A DNA stretch of 33,395 bases from a virus (Duplodnaviria; Caudoviricetes). The notes under the pieces were generated by a model. The model worked only from the letters and a program-made list of their open reading frames with translations. It was not told the DNA's origin and searched no databases. The translations under genes and the position numbers were made by a program. Positions 6,809 through 16,003 of the stretch are shown piece after piece (positions within the stretch are counted from its first letter, which is position 1; each line of letters opens with the position of its first letter). The stretch covers positions 1 to 33,395 of IMG/VR virus record IMGVR_UViG_3300036783_000094; one strand, 5' to 3'.

Positions 6809-7828
6809 ATGTATAATAAGTTCTCGGAACTGGGCGAACCTGATAAGTTATTAGAAAATCTTTTACTGGGTAATGGTTTTTCAATATGGTTTTCAGACAG
6901 ATTTTTGTACCGATCATTACTAGATCAATGCGATAATCTTTTATCTGAAGATAAAGAATTATTTGGAAGATTAGAAACAAGTAACTTTGAAACTACCTTA
7001 AATGCTCTGAATAATGCGATCATTGTTAATAGTCTTTATGGAGTTTCACATAACCATAAGGATAGCTACGAAAGGATAAAGATTTCATTGATTGAAGCTG
7101 TGAGGAAGGTACACTTAGAAAGATATGAAGTGAATCAGACGAAACTTGAGATTGCAAAATCATTGTTTAACAAATCAGAATATATTTTCACTACTAACTA
7201 TGATTTATTGTCATATTGGACAATGTTATTGTCGAACGCTGAAAAGAAATCGCAAGGCGAAAAGTATGGGGATGCATTTAATTATGATTATAAAGAAAAC
7301 CAAAGAATTAGTAATGATCTATACTTTGCGGAGAAATTTTCAAAAAATACAGGTAAAATGATCTATTATCTACATGGTGGACTTCATTTATACGTTAATG
7401 GAAGGATTAAAAAATTATATTCACGATCGACTGATAGGTTATTAAATACATTAGAAGAAAACATCGATAAAGGGCTACCTCCATTATTCGTATCTGAAGG
7501 TGATTGGGCACTAAAGAAAAAAACAATCGAAGCTAATACATATCTAAATTTTTGTTATGAAAGGTTAAAACATACAGCCGGTAACCTAACTGTTTTTGGT
7601 CATAGTCTTGATGAGAAAACAGATTTGCATATGATCCAAGCGATAAATTATTCAAAAGTAAAAAAGGTCATTTATGGAGTTTACTGCCCTGGAAAAACAG
7701 AAAGTCAATTGAGATTAGAGGAAGCTAGAATTAAGCATAATCTCGAAGAAAAGGAAGTGATATTCTACGATGCAAGTTCCTTATTTGATTTCACTTACGA
7801 TGTAGGATTTGGGAGTTTAGGTTTTTGA
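6809..7828 (+). CDS. SIR2-like protein (DUF4917-type), candidate NADase effector
   Basis: LLLGNGFS, FTTNYDLL, YLHGGLH, PLFVSEG, VFGHSL..D.H motifs; ATG 6809 behind GGGAGGGG RBS; AT-rich. Confidence 0.85.
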   Translation: MYNKFSELGEPDKLLENLLLGNGFSIWFSDRFLYRSLLDQCDNLLSEDKELFGRLETSNFETTLNALNNAIIVNSLYGVSHNHKDSYERIKISLIEAVRKVHLERYEVNQTKLEIAKSLFNKSEYIFTTNYDLLSYWTMLLSNAEKKSQGEKYGDAFNYDYKENQRISNDLYFAEKFSKNTGKMIYYLHGGLHLYVNGRIKKLYSRSTDRLLNTLEENIDKGLPPLFVSEGDWALKKKTIEANTYLNFCYERLKHTAGNLTVFGHSLDEKTDLHMIQAINYSKVKKVIYGVYCPGKTESQLRLEEARIKHNLEEKEVIFYDASSLFDFTYDVGFGSLGF

Positions 7829-7886
7829 TATAACTGACTTCAATCATGAATACTTATACATAATATACATACATCATGAATGCTCT

Positions 7887-8040
7887 TGGTGGAGAGTTGT
7901 CCACCACTAAGCATATACATCCTTGGTGGAGAGTTCTCCACCACCGTGGGGTATGATTCTCCACCATTAGTGGGGGAGAGTTCTCCCCCTAAGATAACTA
8001 AAAGAAACATTAAAGAAAGTAATATATATAGATATATAAG
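7887..8040. repeat. Four 20-bp palindromic iterons plus AT-rich tract (phage ori-like)
   Basis: TGGTGGAGAGTTCTCCACCA-like copies at 7887, 7924, 7947 and 7971, then purine/AT-rich tract 7991-8040. Confidence 0.75.
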
Positions 8041-8084
8041 AGACACATATTCTTATGGATATACAACCTCATAAAAACATGTAT

Positions 8085-8114
8085 AAAGGCTGCTCATAAA
8101 AGAGTGGTCTTTTT
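8085..8114 (+). terminator. Intrinsic terminator
   Basis: AAAGGCTGCTC-ataaaa-GAGTGGTCTTT plus T run. Confidence 0.65.
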
Positions 8115-8136
8115 GTATTTCAAAGAATAAGAGAGG

Positions 8137-8565
8137 GTGAATGCAATGTTCAGAGTAAAGACAACATTCAATCTTGGGTGTGAACAGATCGAACGGGTTA
8201 TAGAAGTGGACGACATACAGACGTTATCCGCTGAGGAAAAAAAGCGACTATTTGATATGGCTACAGTTCCACTTACCATCGAGAGGAAAGAGGATGAAAG
8301 AGAGAGCACAGAGCCCGTAGGGAGGGTAGGGGATACAGAAGAAGCGGCACTTATAGAAGCGACTCCTACATCCTATACACTGAATCTCGTAGAGCACAGA
8401 CTGTTTGAGAAGGACTTCTATATTCAGCATAAGCTCGAAGCACTGCGTATTCTTCACGGTGGGGAGGACTTTAGAATGCAGCAGTCGCTACTAGTTAAAT
8501 CATTAATGAGTGATCTTGGCATTGATAACGAGGAATGGGTCGGAAATACATCAGAAGATAGCTAA
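8137..8565 (+). CDS. Hypothetical phage protein (142 aa, acidic)
   Basis: ORF with GAGAGG RBS just before the packaging region. Confidence 0.7.
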   Translation: MNAMFRVKTTFNLGCEQIERVIEVDDIQTLSAEEKKRLFDMATVPLTIERKEDERESTEPVGRVGDTEEAALIEATPTSYTLNLVEHRLFEKDFYIQHKLEALRILHGGEDFRMQQSLLVKSLMSDLGIDNEEWVGNTSEDS

Positions 8566-8762
8566 AAAGGTACTTCCAGAGGTTTGGATTAGGTGAGGGT
8601 GCGCGTGAGCCCGATTTCTGTTCAGTTCTTATTTTGAAAATTTACTTCCGTTTCCGCTTTTTAGGAGTCTGTACGGCTTGTGTTGGTGTTTTCCTTCATT
8701 ATATGACTCCTAATTAGGGTCTGGATTATATTGTCTTAAAACGGAAGCTAGGGGGGTATACG
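8566..8762. other. Candidate cos/packaging-initiation region
   Basis: Non-coding gap upstream of terS with AGGTACTTCC, GC-rich GGGTGCGCGTGAGCCC and nested inverted repeats. Confidence 0.5.
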
Positions 8763-9293
8763 ATGGCGGAAGCCAAAAAAGAAAAAGTGAATTTAACAGA
8801 AGCGGAAATATCTACTAGCGATTTGGCTGCCATCGTGGGCAAAACCTCCCGGTGGATCCGTCAATTAACTTCTGAAAAGGTCTTGAAACAGTCTGGACGG
8901 GGCAAATATATCCTGTCTGAAGCGATCCAAGCGTACATTTCACATATTTCCGGTGGCGCTAAAGACGATGGAAAGCCGACATATACCGATCATAAGACGG
9001 AGCACGAGCGTATTAAATCGGAAAAAGCGGCGCTTGAACTAGCTGAACTACAGGGGAATATGCACTCTTCGGACGATGTGAGAGCCCTTATGGGTAATAT
9101 GATCATCACTGCTAAGACGAAATTACTCGCAATTCCAACGAGAATTAGCCCACAGCTGGATGGAGAGTCAACAGCGGTAATCGAAAAGGCGCTCGATCGT
9201 GAGATAGCGAGCGTGCTGAAAGGGTTGACTGAGTATAACCCTGCATTATTTAGCCGAAAGGCGGGTGATGGGGATGATATCGAAGAAGACTGA
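8763..9293 (+). CDS. Terminase small subunit (Nu1-like)
   Basis: N-terminal winged HTH LAAIVGKTSRWIRQL, coiled coil, position. Confidence 0.88.
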   Translation: MAEAKKEKVNLTEAEISTSDLAAIVGKTSRWIRQLTSEKVLKQSGRGKYILSEAIQAYISHISGGAKDDGKPTYTDHKTEHERIKSEKAALELAELQGNMHSSDDVRALMGNMIITAKTKLLAIPTRISPQLDGESTAVIEKALDREIASVLKGLTEYNPALFSRKAGDGDDIEED

Positions 9294-11109
9294 GGCGCTA
9301 TTTAAACAGATAGCTCAGATGTGGGAACCTAAACCGCCTATGACTGTTTCGGAGTGGGCAGAAGAACATCGGGTACTGAGTAAAGAAGCTAGCGCCGAGC
9401 CGGGTCCGTGGAGGACAGACCGATCTCCTTATACCAAAGAAATAATGAACTGCATGAATGATCCATCTGTTGAAGAGGTCGCAATCATGGCCTCGGCTCA
9501 GGTAGGTAAATCCGAAATCCTGCTGAACATAGCGGGATTTTTTGCTGACCAAGAACCTTACCCGATGATCTACATGCTACCAGACAAACAGTTGATCAAG
9601 TCGGTATCACAGGAGCGTATTACGCCGATGATTGCCGCTAGTCCACGATTACGAAGTGTGTTCGCTGCGGCAAAGGGTAGGTCAGCTAGTAATACGATTG
9701 CTAAAAAGAGTTTCCCTGGTGGGTATCTGCAACTTGTTGGAGCTAACTCACCAGCGCAATTGTCTTCACGTTCTGTCCGGGTGATTCTTGCGGACGAGGT
9801 AGACCGTTTTCCGGTATCTGCTGGTACTGAGGGCGATCCGGTAGACCTTGTTAAAAAGCGGACCACAACCTTTTACAACCGGAAGCATGTATTTGTATCA
9901 ACGCCTCTGGTGGAGGAAACATCTCGTATCAACCGACTCTACCAAGACAGCACTCAAGAGCAGTGGCGCTTACCGTGTCCATGTTGCGGCGAGTTGGAAG
10001 CTTTGGGTTTCGGGAACTTGAAATTTACTAGGGACGATGCAGGAGGGGTGCTGAATGTAGAAGCAGCCTGTCGGGCTTGTGGTGGGATATCTTCGGAGAA
10101 GAATTGGAAGTCTGGGACAGGCCAGTGGGTTGCGAGACAGCAGCATCCATTCCGCAGAGGTTTTCACCTTTCGCAGATCGTCAGTCCTTGGGTAACTTGG
10201 AAGAAAATTGTCTCAGGCTTCCTTGAAGCAAAAGACGATCCGGAAATGCTTCAGGTTTGGACTAACACCGTCATGGGCGAAACATGGCGAGTCACTGGTG
10301 AGAAGCTAGATGAAAACGAACTGATGCAACGCGGCGAAGAGTACGAAGCGGATGTACCGGACGGTGTGAAGATTCTTACGGCTACTGTGGATACTCAGGA
10401 CAACCGTTTTGAAATCGAAGTAAAGGGTTGGGGAGCTGGTCGCGAGTCTTGGGGAATCCGATTCCATGTCATCCATGGCGACTTAGAACAACCTCGTGTA
10501 TGGGATGAGTTGGATGAATTCCTAAAGCGAAAATGGAAAGATAAACACGGTCGATCCTTCGGAATTGTCGGGGCCTTCATAGACTCCGGTGGTCACTACA
10601 CCGGAAGCGTATATAAGTTCTGTGCGGCGCGTCTTGGTCGCCGGATATATGCGATAAAGGGTGAAGGGAAGGAAAATGGTGGCTATGTGCCATTGTACAA
10701 CGGTTATACCAACAACAATCGGTATAAGGCGACTGTAATACGCATTGGGGTTGACGAGGGCAAGTATCGTGCCTCGAACGATCTGAAGCGCAAACGTTAT
10801 GGAGCCGGATACTGTCACTTCCCAGTGAATCGGTCCGGTCATGATAACCGTGGATACAACGAAGAGTATTTTTTGGGTCTTACTGCTGAGACACTTGTCA
10901 CTAAAAAGAAGATGGGTGTCACATATCAGATATGGCAGCCGATCCGAAAACGTAACGAGCCCTTTGACTTGCATGTCTATCAACTTGCACTCATTGAGTT
11001 GCTTAGTCCAAATCTGGATGAGATGTTACCGATCGCTGTCGGTGAAGGCACACAAACCAAAGCGGCTCCTAAAGCAGGTCGCCGCCGAGGGACGAATAGC
11101 AGTGTTTAA
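9265..11109 (+). CDS. Terminase large subunit, lambda GpA family
   Basis: SAQVGKS Walker A, LADEVD Walker B, STP motif, CPCCG...CRAC, VDTQ, IDSGG, RNEPFD. Confidence 0.96.
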   Translation: MMGMISKKTEALFKQIAQMWEPKPPMTVSEWAEEHRVLSKEASAEPGPWRTDRSPYTKEIMNCMNDPSVEEVAIMASAQVGKSEILLNIAGFFADQEPYPMIYMLPDKQLIKSVSQERITPMIAASPRLRSVFAAAKGRSASNTIAKKSFPGGYLQLVGANSPAQLSSRSVRVILADEVDRFPVSAGTEGDPVDLVKKRTTTFYNRKHVFVSTPLVEETSRINRLYQDSTQEQWRLPCPCCGELEALGFGNLKFTRDDAGGVLNVEAACRACGGISSEKNWKSGTGQWVARQQHPFRRGFHLSQIVSPWVTWKKIVSGFLEAKDDPEMLQVWTNTVMGETWRVTGEKLDENELMQRGEEYEADVPDGVKILTATVDTQDNRFEIEVKGWGAGRESWGIRFHVIHGDLEQPRVWDELDEFLKRKWKDKHGRSFGIVGAFIDSGGHYTGSVYKFCAARLGRRIYAIKGEGKENGGYVPLYNGYTNNNRYKATVIRIGVDEGKYRASNDLKRKRYGAGYCHFPVNRSGHDNRGYNEEYFLGLTAETLVTKKKMGVTYQIWQPIRKRNEPFDLHVYQLALIELLSPNLDEMLPIAVGEGTQTKAAPKAGRRRGTNSSV

Positions 11110-11132
11110 TCTGAGAGGAGGTGAAAAAGGAA

Positions 11133-11372
11133 ATGCCATTGTACACACTTGAGGTTGCACAAACACACCTTGATTCTTGGCTCGCTGCCGAACTCGCTCT
11201 ATCAACGGGACAGTCATACACCATTGGCACACGCTCTCTGACCCGCGTGAATCTACCTGATGTTATGACCCAAATAAAGTATTGGCAAAAGCAAGTGGAG
11301 GACTGTAATAGGGCGGTAGCAGGTCTGAGAGCCCGCAGTAGAGTCCGTAGGTATGTTCCGACTGATCTATGA
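11133..11372 (+). CDS. Head-tail adaptor, gpW-like
   Basis: GQSYTIGTRSLTR motif between terL and portal; ATG 11133 after GGAGG. Confidence 0.8.
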   Translation: MPLYTLEVAQTHLDSWLAAELALSTGQSYTIGTRSLTRVNLPDVMTQIKYWQKQVEDCNRAVAGLRARSRVRRYVPTDL

Positions 11373-12991
11373 GCCGTTTAGAACGATTGGTTTCGGCAGT
11401 TGCGCCGGGGTTAGCTTTGAAGAGAGAACAGGCACGTACCGAGATTGCTAGGCAACAGGCCGTGCAGCAGGTATTTAACCAAGGTTACGGAGATCACGGT
11501 GCAAGCCGCCGGAAGAAGTCTCTAAAAGAGTGGAATCCGGTAGCTGGTGATGCAGAAGAGGATATCCACGAAAACCTCGAAGCCCTTCGGCCACGTGCCC
11601 GTGATCTTTACATGGGTGGAGCGCTTGCGAATGGCGCAATTAAAACAATGAGAACATCCATAGTCGGCACGGGGTTACGGGTTAAACCTTCCTTTGATGC
11701 CGATTTTTTGCGCCTTTCAGATGATCAGTCTCGTCAACTTCGGAGACAGATAGAGCGAGAGTTTGCGCTTTGGGCAGATTCTAAGGACTGTGATGCCTCG
11801 GGACTACACAATTTTTATGAACTGCAGCAATTAGCATTTTTGTCTTGGATGATGTCCGGCGATGCCTTTGTACTGTTACCATTACTGCCCCGCAAACATG
11901 CTGTGTATGACCTGCGGGTTCGGCTGCTTGAGGCTGACCGTTGTAACAGTCCGGTAGGCGAGGGGCTTAATGATAAGATCAGCAGTGGCGTTGAGGTTGA
12001 TAAAGATGGGATGGTGGTCGCTTATCATTTCTCAGACAAGCATCCGGGTTCTGCGCGATTGGTATCTACTAAATGGACGCGAGTTGAGGTTAGAGGATCA
12101 CAAAGCGGACGACAAAATGTCCTGCACTTGATGGAGGCAGAGCGTCCGGAGCAACGGCGAGGTGTCCCTATTTTAGCTCCAGTCATTGAATCGCTGAAAC
12201 AGCTAGACCGTTATACCGAAGCGGAGCTAATGGCCGCAGTAATTAGCGGAATGTTTACTGTGTTCATTGAGACTCCGAACCCTGATGAGACAGATCAATT
12301 CGGTTTAGACTCTGGGGGAGAGCCTGTTGATAATCCAACGGGTGAACCACTGCCGCCACCAGAGGGTGGTGATCTTCGACTCGGTAACGGAGCTGTTCAG
12401 TTCTTGGAGCCAGGAGAAAAAGCAACTTTTGCTGATCCGGGGCGTCCGAATGCGGGCTTTGACCCATTCGTCACAGCAATTCTAAGACAGGTGGGGGCAT
12501 CTTTGGAAATTCCCTATGAGTTGCTGTTGAAGCATTTCACCTCGTCCTATTCAGCGTCTAGAGCGGCGCTGCTTGAAGCTTGGAAGATGTTTCGTATGCG
12601 GCGAGCATGGATGTCAGCAGACTTTTGTCAGCCGATCTATGAGGAATGGTTTGCTGAAGCTGTGATTAAAGGTCGGATTGATGCTCCTGGCATCTTTGAT
12701 GATCCTTTGTTATTCAAGGCTTATACAAAGGCCGAATGGAATGGACCGTCACAGGGTCAGCTTGATCCGGTCAAGGAAGTTAATGCCGCAGTAACTCGCA
12801 TAGATAACGGGCTGAGTACTCGCCAGAGGGAAGCGGCTGAGTTGACTGGTACTGAGTACGAAAGCAACGTCCGGCAATTAGCCTATGAACAAAAGCTGCG
12901 TGAGGAATACGGCCAGACAATAGGGCCTGCACCAGCGATTGAGGCAACACCGAAGGGGGGTGATGATGATAGCGAAGAAGATCAAGCTTAA
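11369..12991 (+). CDS. Portal protein, lambda family
   Basis: RARDL, RPEQRRGVP, SYSASRAAL, LDPVKE motifs. Confidence 0.95.
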   Translation: MSRLERLVSAVAPGLALKREQARTEIARQQAVQQVFNQGYGDHGASRRKKSLKEWNPVAGDAEEDIHENLEALRPRARDLYMGGALANGAIKTMRTSIVGTGLRVKPSFDADFLRLSDDQSRQLRRQIEREFALWADSKDCDASGLHNFYELQQLAFLSWMMSGDAFVLLPLLPRKHAVYDLRVRLLEADRCNSPVGEGLNDKISSGVEVDKDGMVVAYHFSDKHPGSARLVSTKWTRVEVRGSQSGRQNVLHLMEAERPEQRRGVPILAPVIESLKQLDRYTEAELMAAVISGMFTVFIETPNPDETDQFGLDSGGEPVDNPTGEPLPPPEGGDLRLGNGAVQFLEPGEKATFADPGRPNAGFDPFVTAILRQVGASLEIPYELLLKHFTSSYSASRAALLEAWKMFRMRRAWMSADFCQPIYEEWFAEAVIKGRIDAPGIFDDPLLFKAYTKAEWNGPSQGQLDPVKEVNAAVTRIDNGLSTRQREAAELTGTEYESNVRQLAYEQKLREEYGQTIGPAPAIEATPKGGDDDSEEDQA

Positions 12992-14060
12992 TGGTCCTGT
13001 AGTAAGCGGTGGGAACTCATGGATTTACGATTGGCTAGGCATGGAAACAATATCGCCAAACCGAGTCATAAGCGAGCTTGAAAAGGCTGGTGGTGATGAT
13101 GTTGAGTTGTACATTAATAGTGGCGGTGGGTCTGTATTCGCAGGAAGTGAAATTTACACAGCTTTGAAGGAATACAGAGGGAAAATTAAATCTAAAGTTA
13201 CAGGGGTTGCAGCTTCGGCGGCGACTTTTTTTGTGCTTGCTTCTGACGAAGTTTATGTGTCTCCACTGGGGCAACTAATGATTCATAATGCTGCAACTGG
13301 AACAGATGGAGATAAAATGGCCCACGCCTCTAATTTTGAACTGTTGGAGGGTGTAGATAAAGCTATTGCTAAAGTCTACCAATCAAAAACGAAACTTGCA
13401 GACAACGAAATACTAGACTTGATGCAAAAGACAACTTGGATGAATGCTGAAAAAGCAGTCCAGTTAGGTTTTGCGAACGGAGTTTTGTTTGATGAAGAAG
13501 TAGATGCAAAAAATAGTTTTAGTTTAGGAAGCGAACTGCCGCAAGATGTACTCGACAAACTCAAAAACGAGCTACTGAGAAGCGCTCTTAAAAATGAGTC
13601 GATTTACGATGCTCAAGCCAATATTGATCCAGTCAATAAAGTTGTACAGACAAACGAAAGGAATGATAAACCGATGAAATTAGAAGAATTGAAGGCACAG
13701 CATCCCGACCTTTATAACGAGGTTTTGAATGCTGGTAAGACGGAAGGCGTTACAGCTGAACGTCAGCGCATTTCCGACCTTAATGATCTATCCGGAGCTC
13801 CTGGAGCTGCGGAGATTGTCGCTAAGGCGATTAAAGAAGGCGGCACGGCAGCAACCGTAGCTATCGAGATTGTAAAAGCATCGACCGAACGATTGTCTAT
13901 TGAAGGACAGCGCCGTGCCGCTGACTCACAAGCAAGTGGGGCTCATACAGTGCCAGCTGACGAAGCGCCAGCCGACAAGCTAAACCCAGAAGCTGTATAT
14001 GACACAGAAGCTGAGGCTTTGGCTGAAGAAATTAAAGCAATGAGAGGGGTGCGTAAATAA
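12963..14060 (+). CDS. ClpP-like head maturation protease fused to scaffold
   Basis: INSGGGSV, AASAAT, MIHN, TWMNAEKAVQLGFA; Ala/Glu-rich C-terminus; start approximate. Confidence 0.92.
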   Translation: MMIAKKIKLNGPVVSGGNSWIYDWLGMETISPNRVISELEKAGGDDVELYINSGGGSVFAGSEIYTALKEYRGKIKSKVTGVAASAATFFVLASDEVYVSPLGQLMIHNAATGTDGDKMAHASNFELLEGVDKAIAKVYQSKTKLADNEILDLMQKTTWMNAEKAVQLGFANGVLFDEEVDAKNSFSLGSELPQDVLDKLKNELLRSALKNESIYDAQANIDPVNKVVQTNERNDKPMKLEELKAQHPDLYNEVLNAGKTEGVTAERQRISDLNDLSGAPGAAEIVAKAIKEGGTAATVAIEIVKASTERLSIEGQRRAADSQASGAHTVPADEAPADKLNPEAVYDTEAEALAEEIKAMRGVRK

Positions 14061-14443
14061 TGTCAGCTTATGAAAGTGTGCCTTACGATAATCTAATCGC
14101 CGGAATGGTCCAGCCTGTTGTTACTCAGTCCGTTATTGTTGAGCAGGCAGCCGGCGCTGTATACACACGCGGTACTGTTCTAGCCCGGACTGGTTTTGCA
14201 ACAGATGGTACATGGATTTGCAAAATAGTTAATTCCGGAGCAACTCCTGAGGCAGAGAAAGTTCCTGTTGCTGTACTGGCTGACGTTGAAGTAGATGCAT
14301 CTACAGCCCAACGAAGAGCCACTGCTTATACCTCAGGTGAGTTTAATCGTAAAGCGCTCAAATTTGGCGGCGCTGATACGATTGCCACTCATGAGGCTGC
14401 TATGAATAACGCTAAGTTGTACACAAAACGAGTTGTAGAATAG
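14060..14443 (+). CDS. Head decoration protein (lambda D-like)
   Basis: RGTVL and AYTSGEFN motifs; position before capsid. Confidence 0.85.
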   Translation: MSAYESVPYDNLIAGMVQPVVTQSVIVEQAAGAVYTRGTVLARTGFATDGTWICKIVNSGATPEAEKVPVAVLADVEVDASTAQRRATAYTSGEFNRKALKFGGADTIATHEAAMNNAKLYTKRVVE

Positions 14444-14458
14444 GGGGATTTGATACTA

Positions 14459-15493
14459 ATGGCAATCAAAGATATATACGCATTTCCTACGCTTCTAAAG
14501 GTGATTGGTCAATTACCGTCTCCAAGCACTTACATTCTGGATAAGTTTTTCCAAGACGGAGAAGCGTTTGAAACGGAAAATGTAGAGATCCAGACAATGA
14601 AGGGCAACAAGCCTATTGCTCCGTATGTTTCAGAGTTACAACCAGGCAAGGTAATCTTGCGTACTGGATTTACAGCTAAGCAGTATAAGCCAGCTCTAAT
14701 TAAACCATCTAGACCTATTACGGCGATTGATCTAAAGACTCGGGCAGCTGGGGAGAGTCTGTATAACCCAGATCAACCAGAGGTAAGAGCTCGCAAATTA
14801 TTAGCAAAAGACATTCTTGATTTGCAAGATACTATTACTCGTCGTTTGGTCCAACAGGCTGCGGAGCTTATGTTTACTGGTAAGGTAACGCAGATTGGCG
14901 AAGGTGTAAATCAAGTAATCGAGTATGACTTTACCAATATCATTACACTATCCGGCACCGACCTGTTCAGTAATGCAGCATCTGACCCAATTGAGTTCTT
15001 AGCTTCCCAGCGAAAAGCTATTATGGATGGCAATGCCCCAACACCAGACATCGTGCTAGCTGACTATAATGCAGCTGTGGCTATCATGCGGCACCCTAAA
15101 GTGCTAGAGCTTGCTAAAAACCAAGGTGTTGATGTCGGTAATATCGACACAACTCTTTTACCTGATGGAGTAACTTATCATGGCCGTCTACGTGACGTTG
15201 GTTTGGATGTTTACAGCTATACCGGGACGTATACCAACGATGCAGGAGTTGACGTTCCCTTCATCCCCGCGGGCACATTAGCCTTGCTATCTAGTCGTGA
15301 TAAATTCACTTTCCACTACGGCGCTAACGTGATCATGGATCCAAAATCAGAACAGTTTGTGCGCGTTATGGGTAAGATCACGCCGCAATCATGGGTTACC
15401 GTAGAACCGGCACAACGCTGGTTGCAAATGATGTCCCGTCCCCTTGCTGTTCCTGCTAATGTTGCTGGTTGGGTAGTTGCTAAAGTTCTTTAA
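14459..15493 (+). CDS. Major capsid protein, lambda E family
   Basis: IAPYVS, C-terminal MSRPLAVP, size and position. Confidence 0.92.
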   Translation: MAIKDIYAFPTLLKVIGQLPSPSTYILDKFFQDGEAFETENVEIQTMKGNKPIAPYVSELQPGKVILRTGFTAKQYKPALIKPSRPITAIDLKTRAAGESLYNPDQPEVRARKLLAKDILDLQDTITRRLVQQAAELMFTGKVTQIGEGVNQVIEYDFTNIITLSGTDLFSNAASDPIEFLASQRKAIMDGNAPTPDIVLADYNAAVAIMRHPKVLELAKNQGVDVGNIDTTLLPDGVTYHGRLRDVGLDVYSYTGTYTNDAGVDVPFIPAGTLALLSSRDKFTFHYGANVIMDPKSEQFVRVMGKITPQSWVTVEPAQRWLQMMSRPLAVPANVAGWVVAKVL

Positions 15494-15513
15494 TTCAAAG
15501 GAGGAATCATATC

Positions 15514-15678
15514 GTGGCTATTATTGCAAAAGGTAACATTCTGCATAACGGAAAGAATTATAAAAAGGGTGATGAGATCAATGATCTCAAAGAGGACGAA
15601 GCTCAGCGTCTTCTTGATCTTGAAGTAGTCGAGGATGATGGAAGCAAAGCGAAATCCCCAAAGGCTGATAAGGAATAG
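15514..15678 (+). CDS. Small post-capsid protein (54 aa), absent from ORF track
   Basis: GGAGG RBS, GTG start, MAIIAKGNILHNGKNYKKGDEI...EAQRLLDL, TAG at 15676-15678. Confidence 0.8.
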   Translation: MAIIAKGNILHNGKNYKKGDEINDLKEDEAQRLLDLEVVEDDGSKAKSPKADKE

Positions 15679-15688
15679 GGGCGAGGTT

Positions 15689-16003
15689 ATGAACCTTCGC
15701 GACCAAATTCTGTTGGACAATCAGCGGACATTTCTTAATACAAATGAATTCGCGGAAACCTATAACATTGACGGCATTGAAGTCAAAGCTTCACTTGATT
15801 CTTCGACCGACAGCAAACACCCCCTGGCATACGCTGAGGGGGTTTCGCTTGTTACAGATGTATTGTATGTGAATGAACTGGAATTGGGATACATCCCAGA
15901 ACAGGGTCAGCGAATGAAAGTGAATGGGAAGCCGCGCACACTGATTCGAGTGTCTTCTGAAAAGGGAATGCTCGCGTTATATCTGGAGGCGAATGTCACA
16001 TGA
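15689..16003 (+). CDS. Head-tail joining protein (FII-like)
   Basis: FLNTNEFAE motif, position; ATG 15689 after GAGG. Confidence 0.75.
   Translation: MNLRDQILLDNQRTFLNTNEFAETYNIDGIEVKASLDSSTDSKHPLAYAEGVSLVTDVLYVNELELGYIPEQGQRMKVNGKPRTLIRVSSEKGMLALYLEANVT

Noticed and set aside
7887-7990. Mini CRISPR array
   Set aside because: Repeats are 20 bp with gaps of only 17, 3 and 4 nt and no cas genes are present; iterons fit better
7840-8074. Short ORFs 7840..8046(-) and 7880..8074(+) as real genes
   Set aside because: No convincing RBS; openness is explained by the palindromic repeats or an initiator remnant
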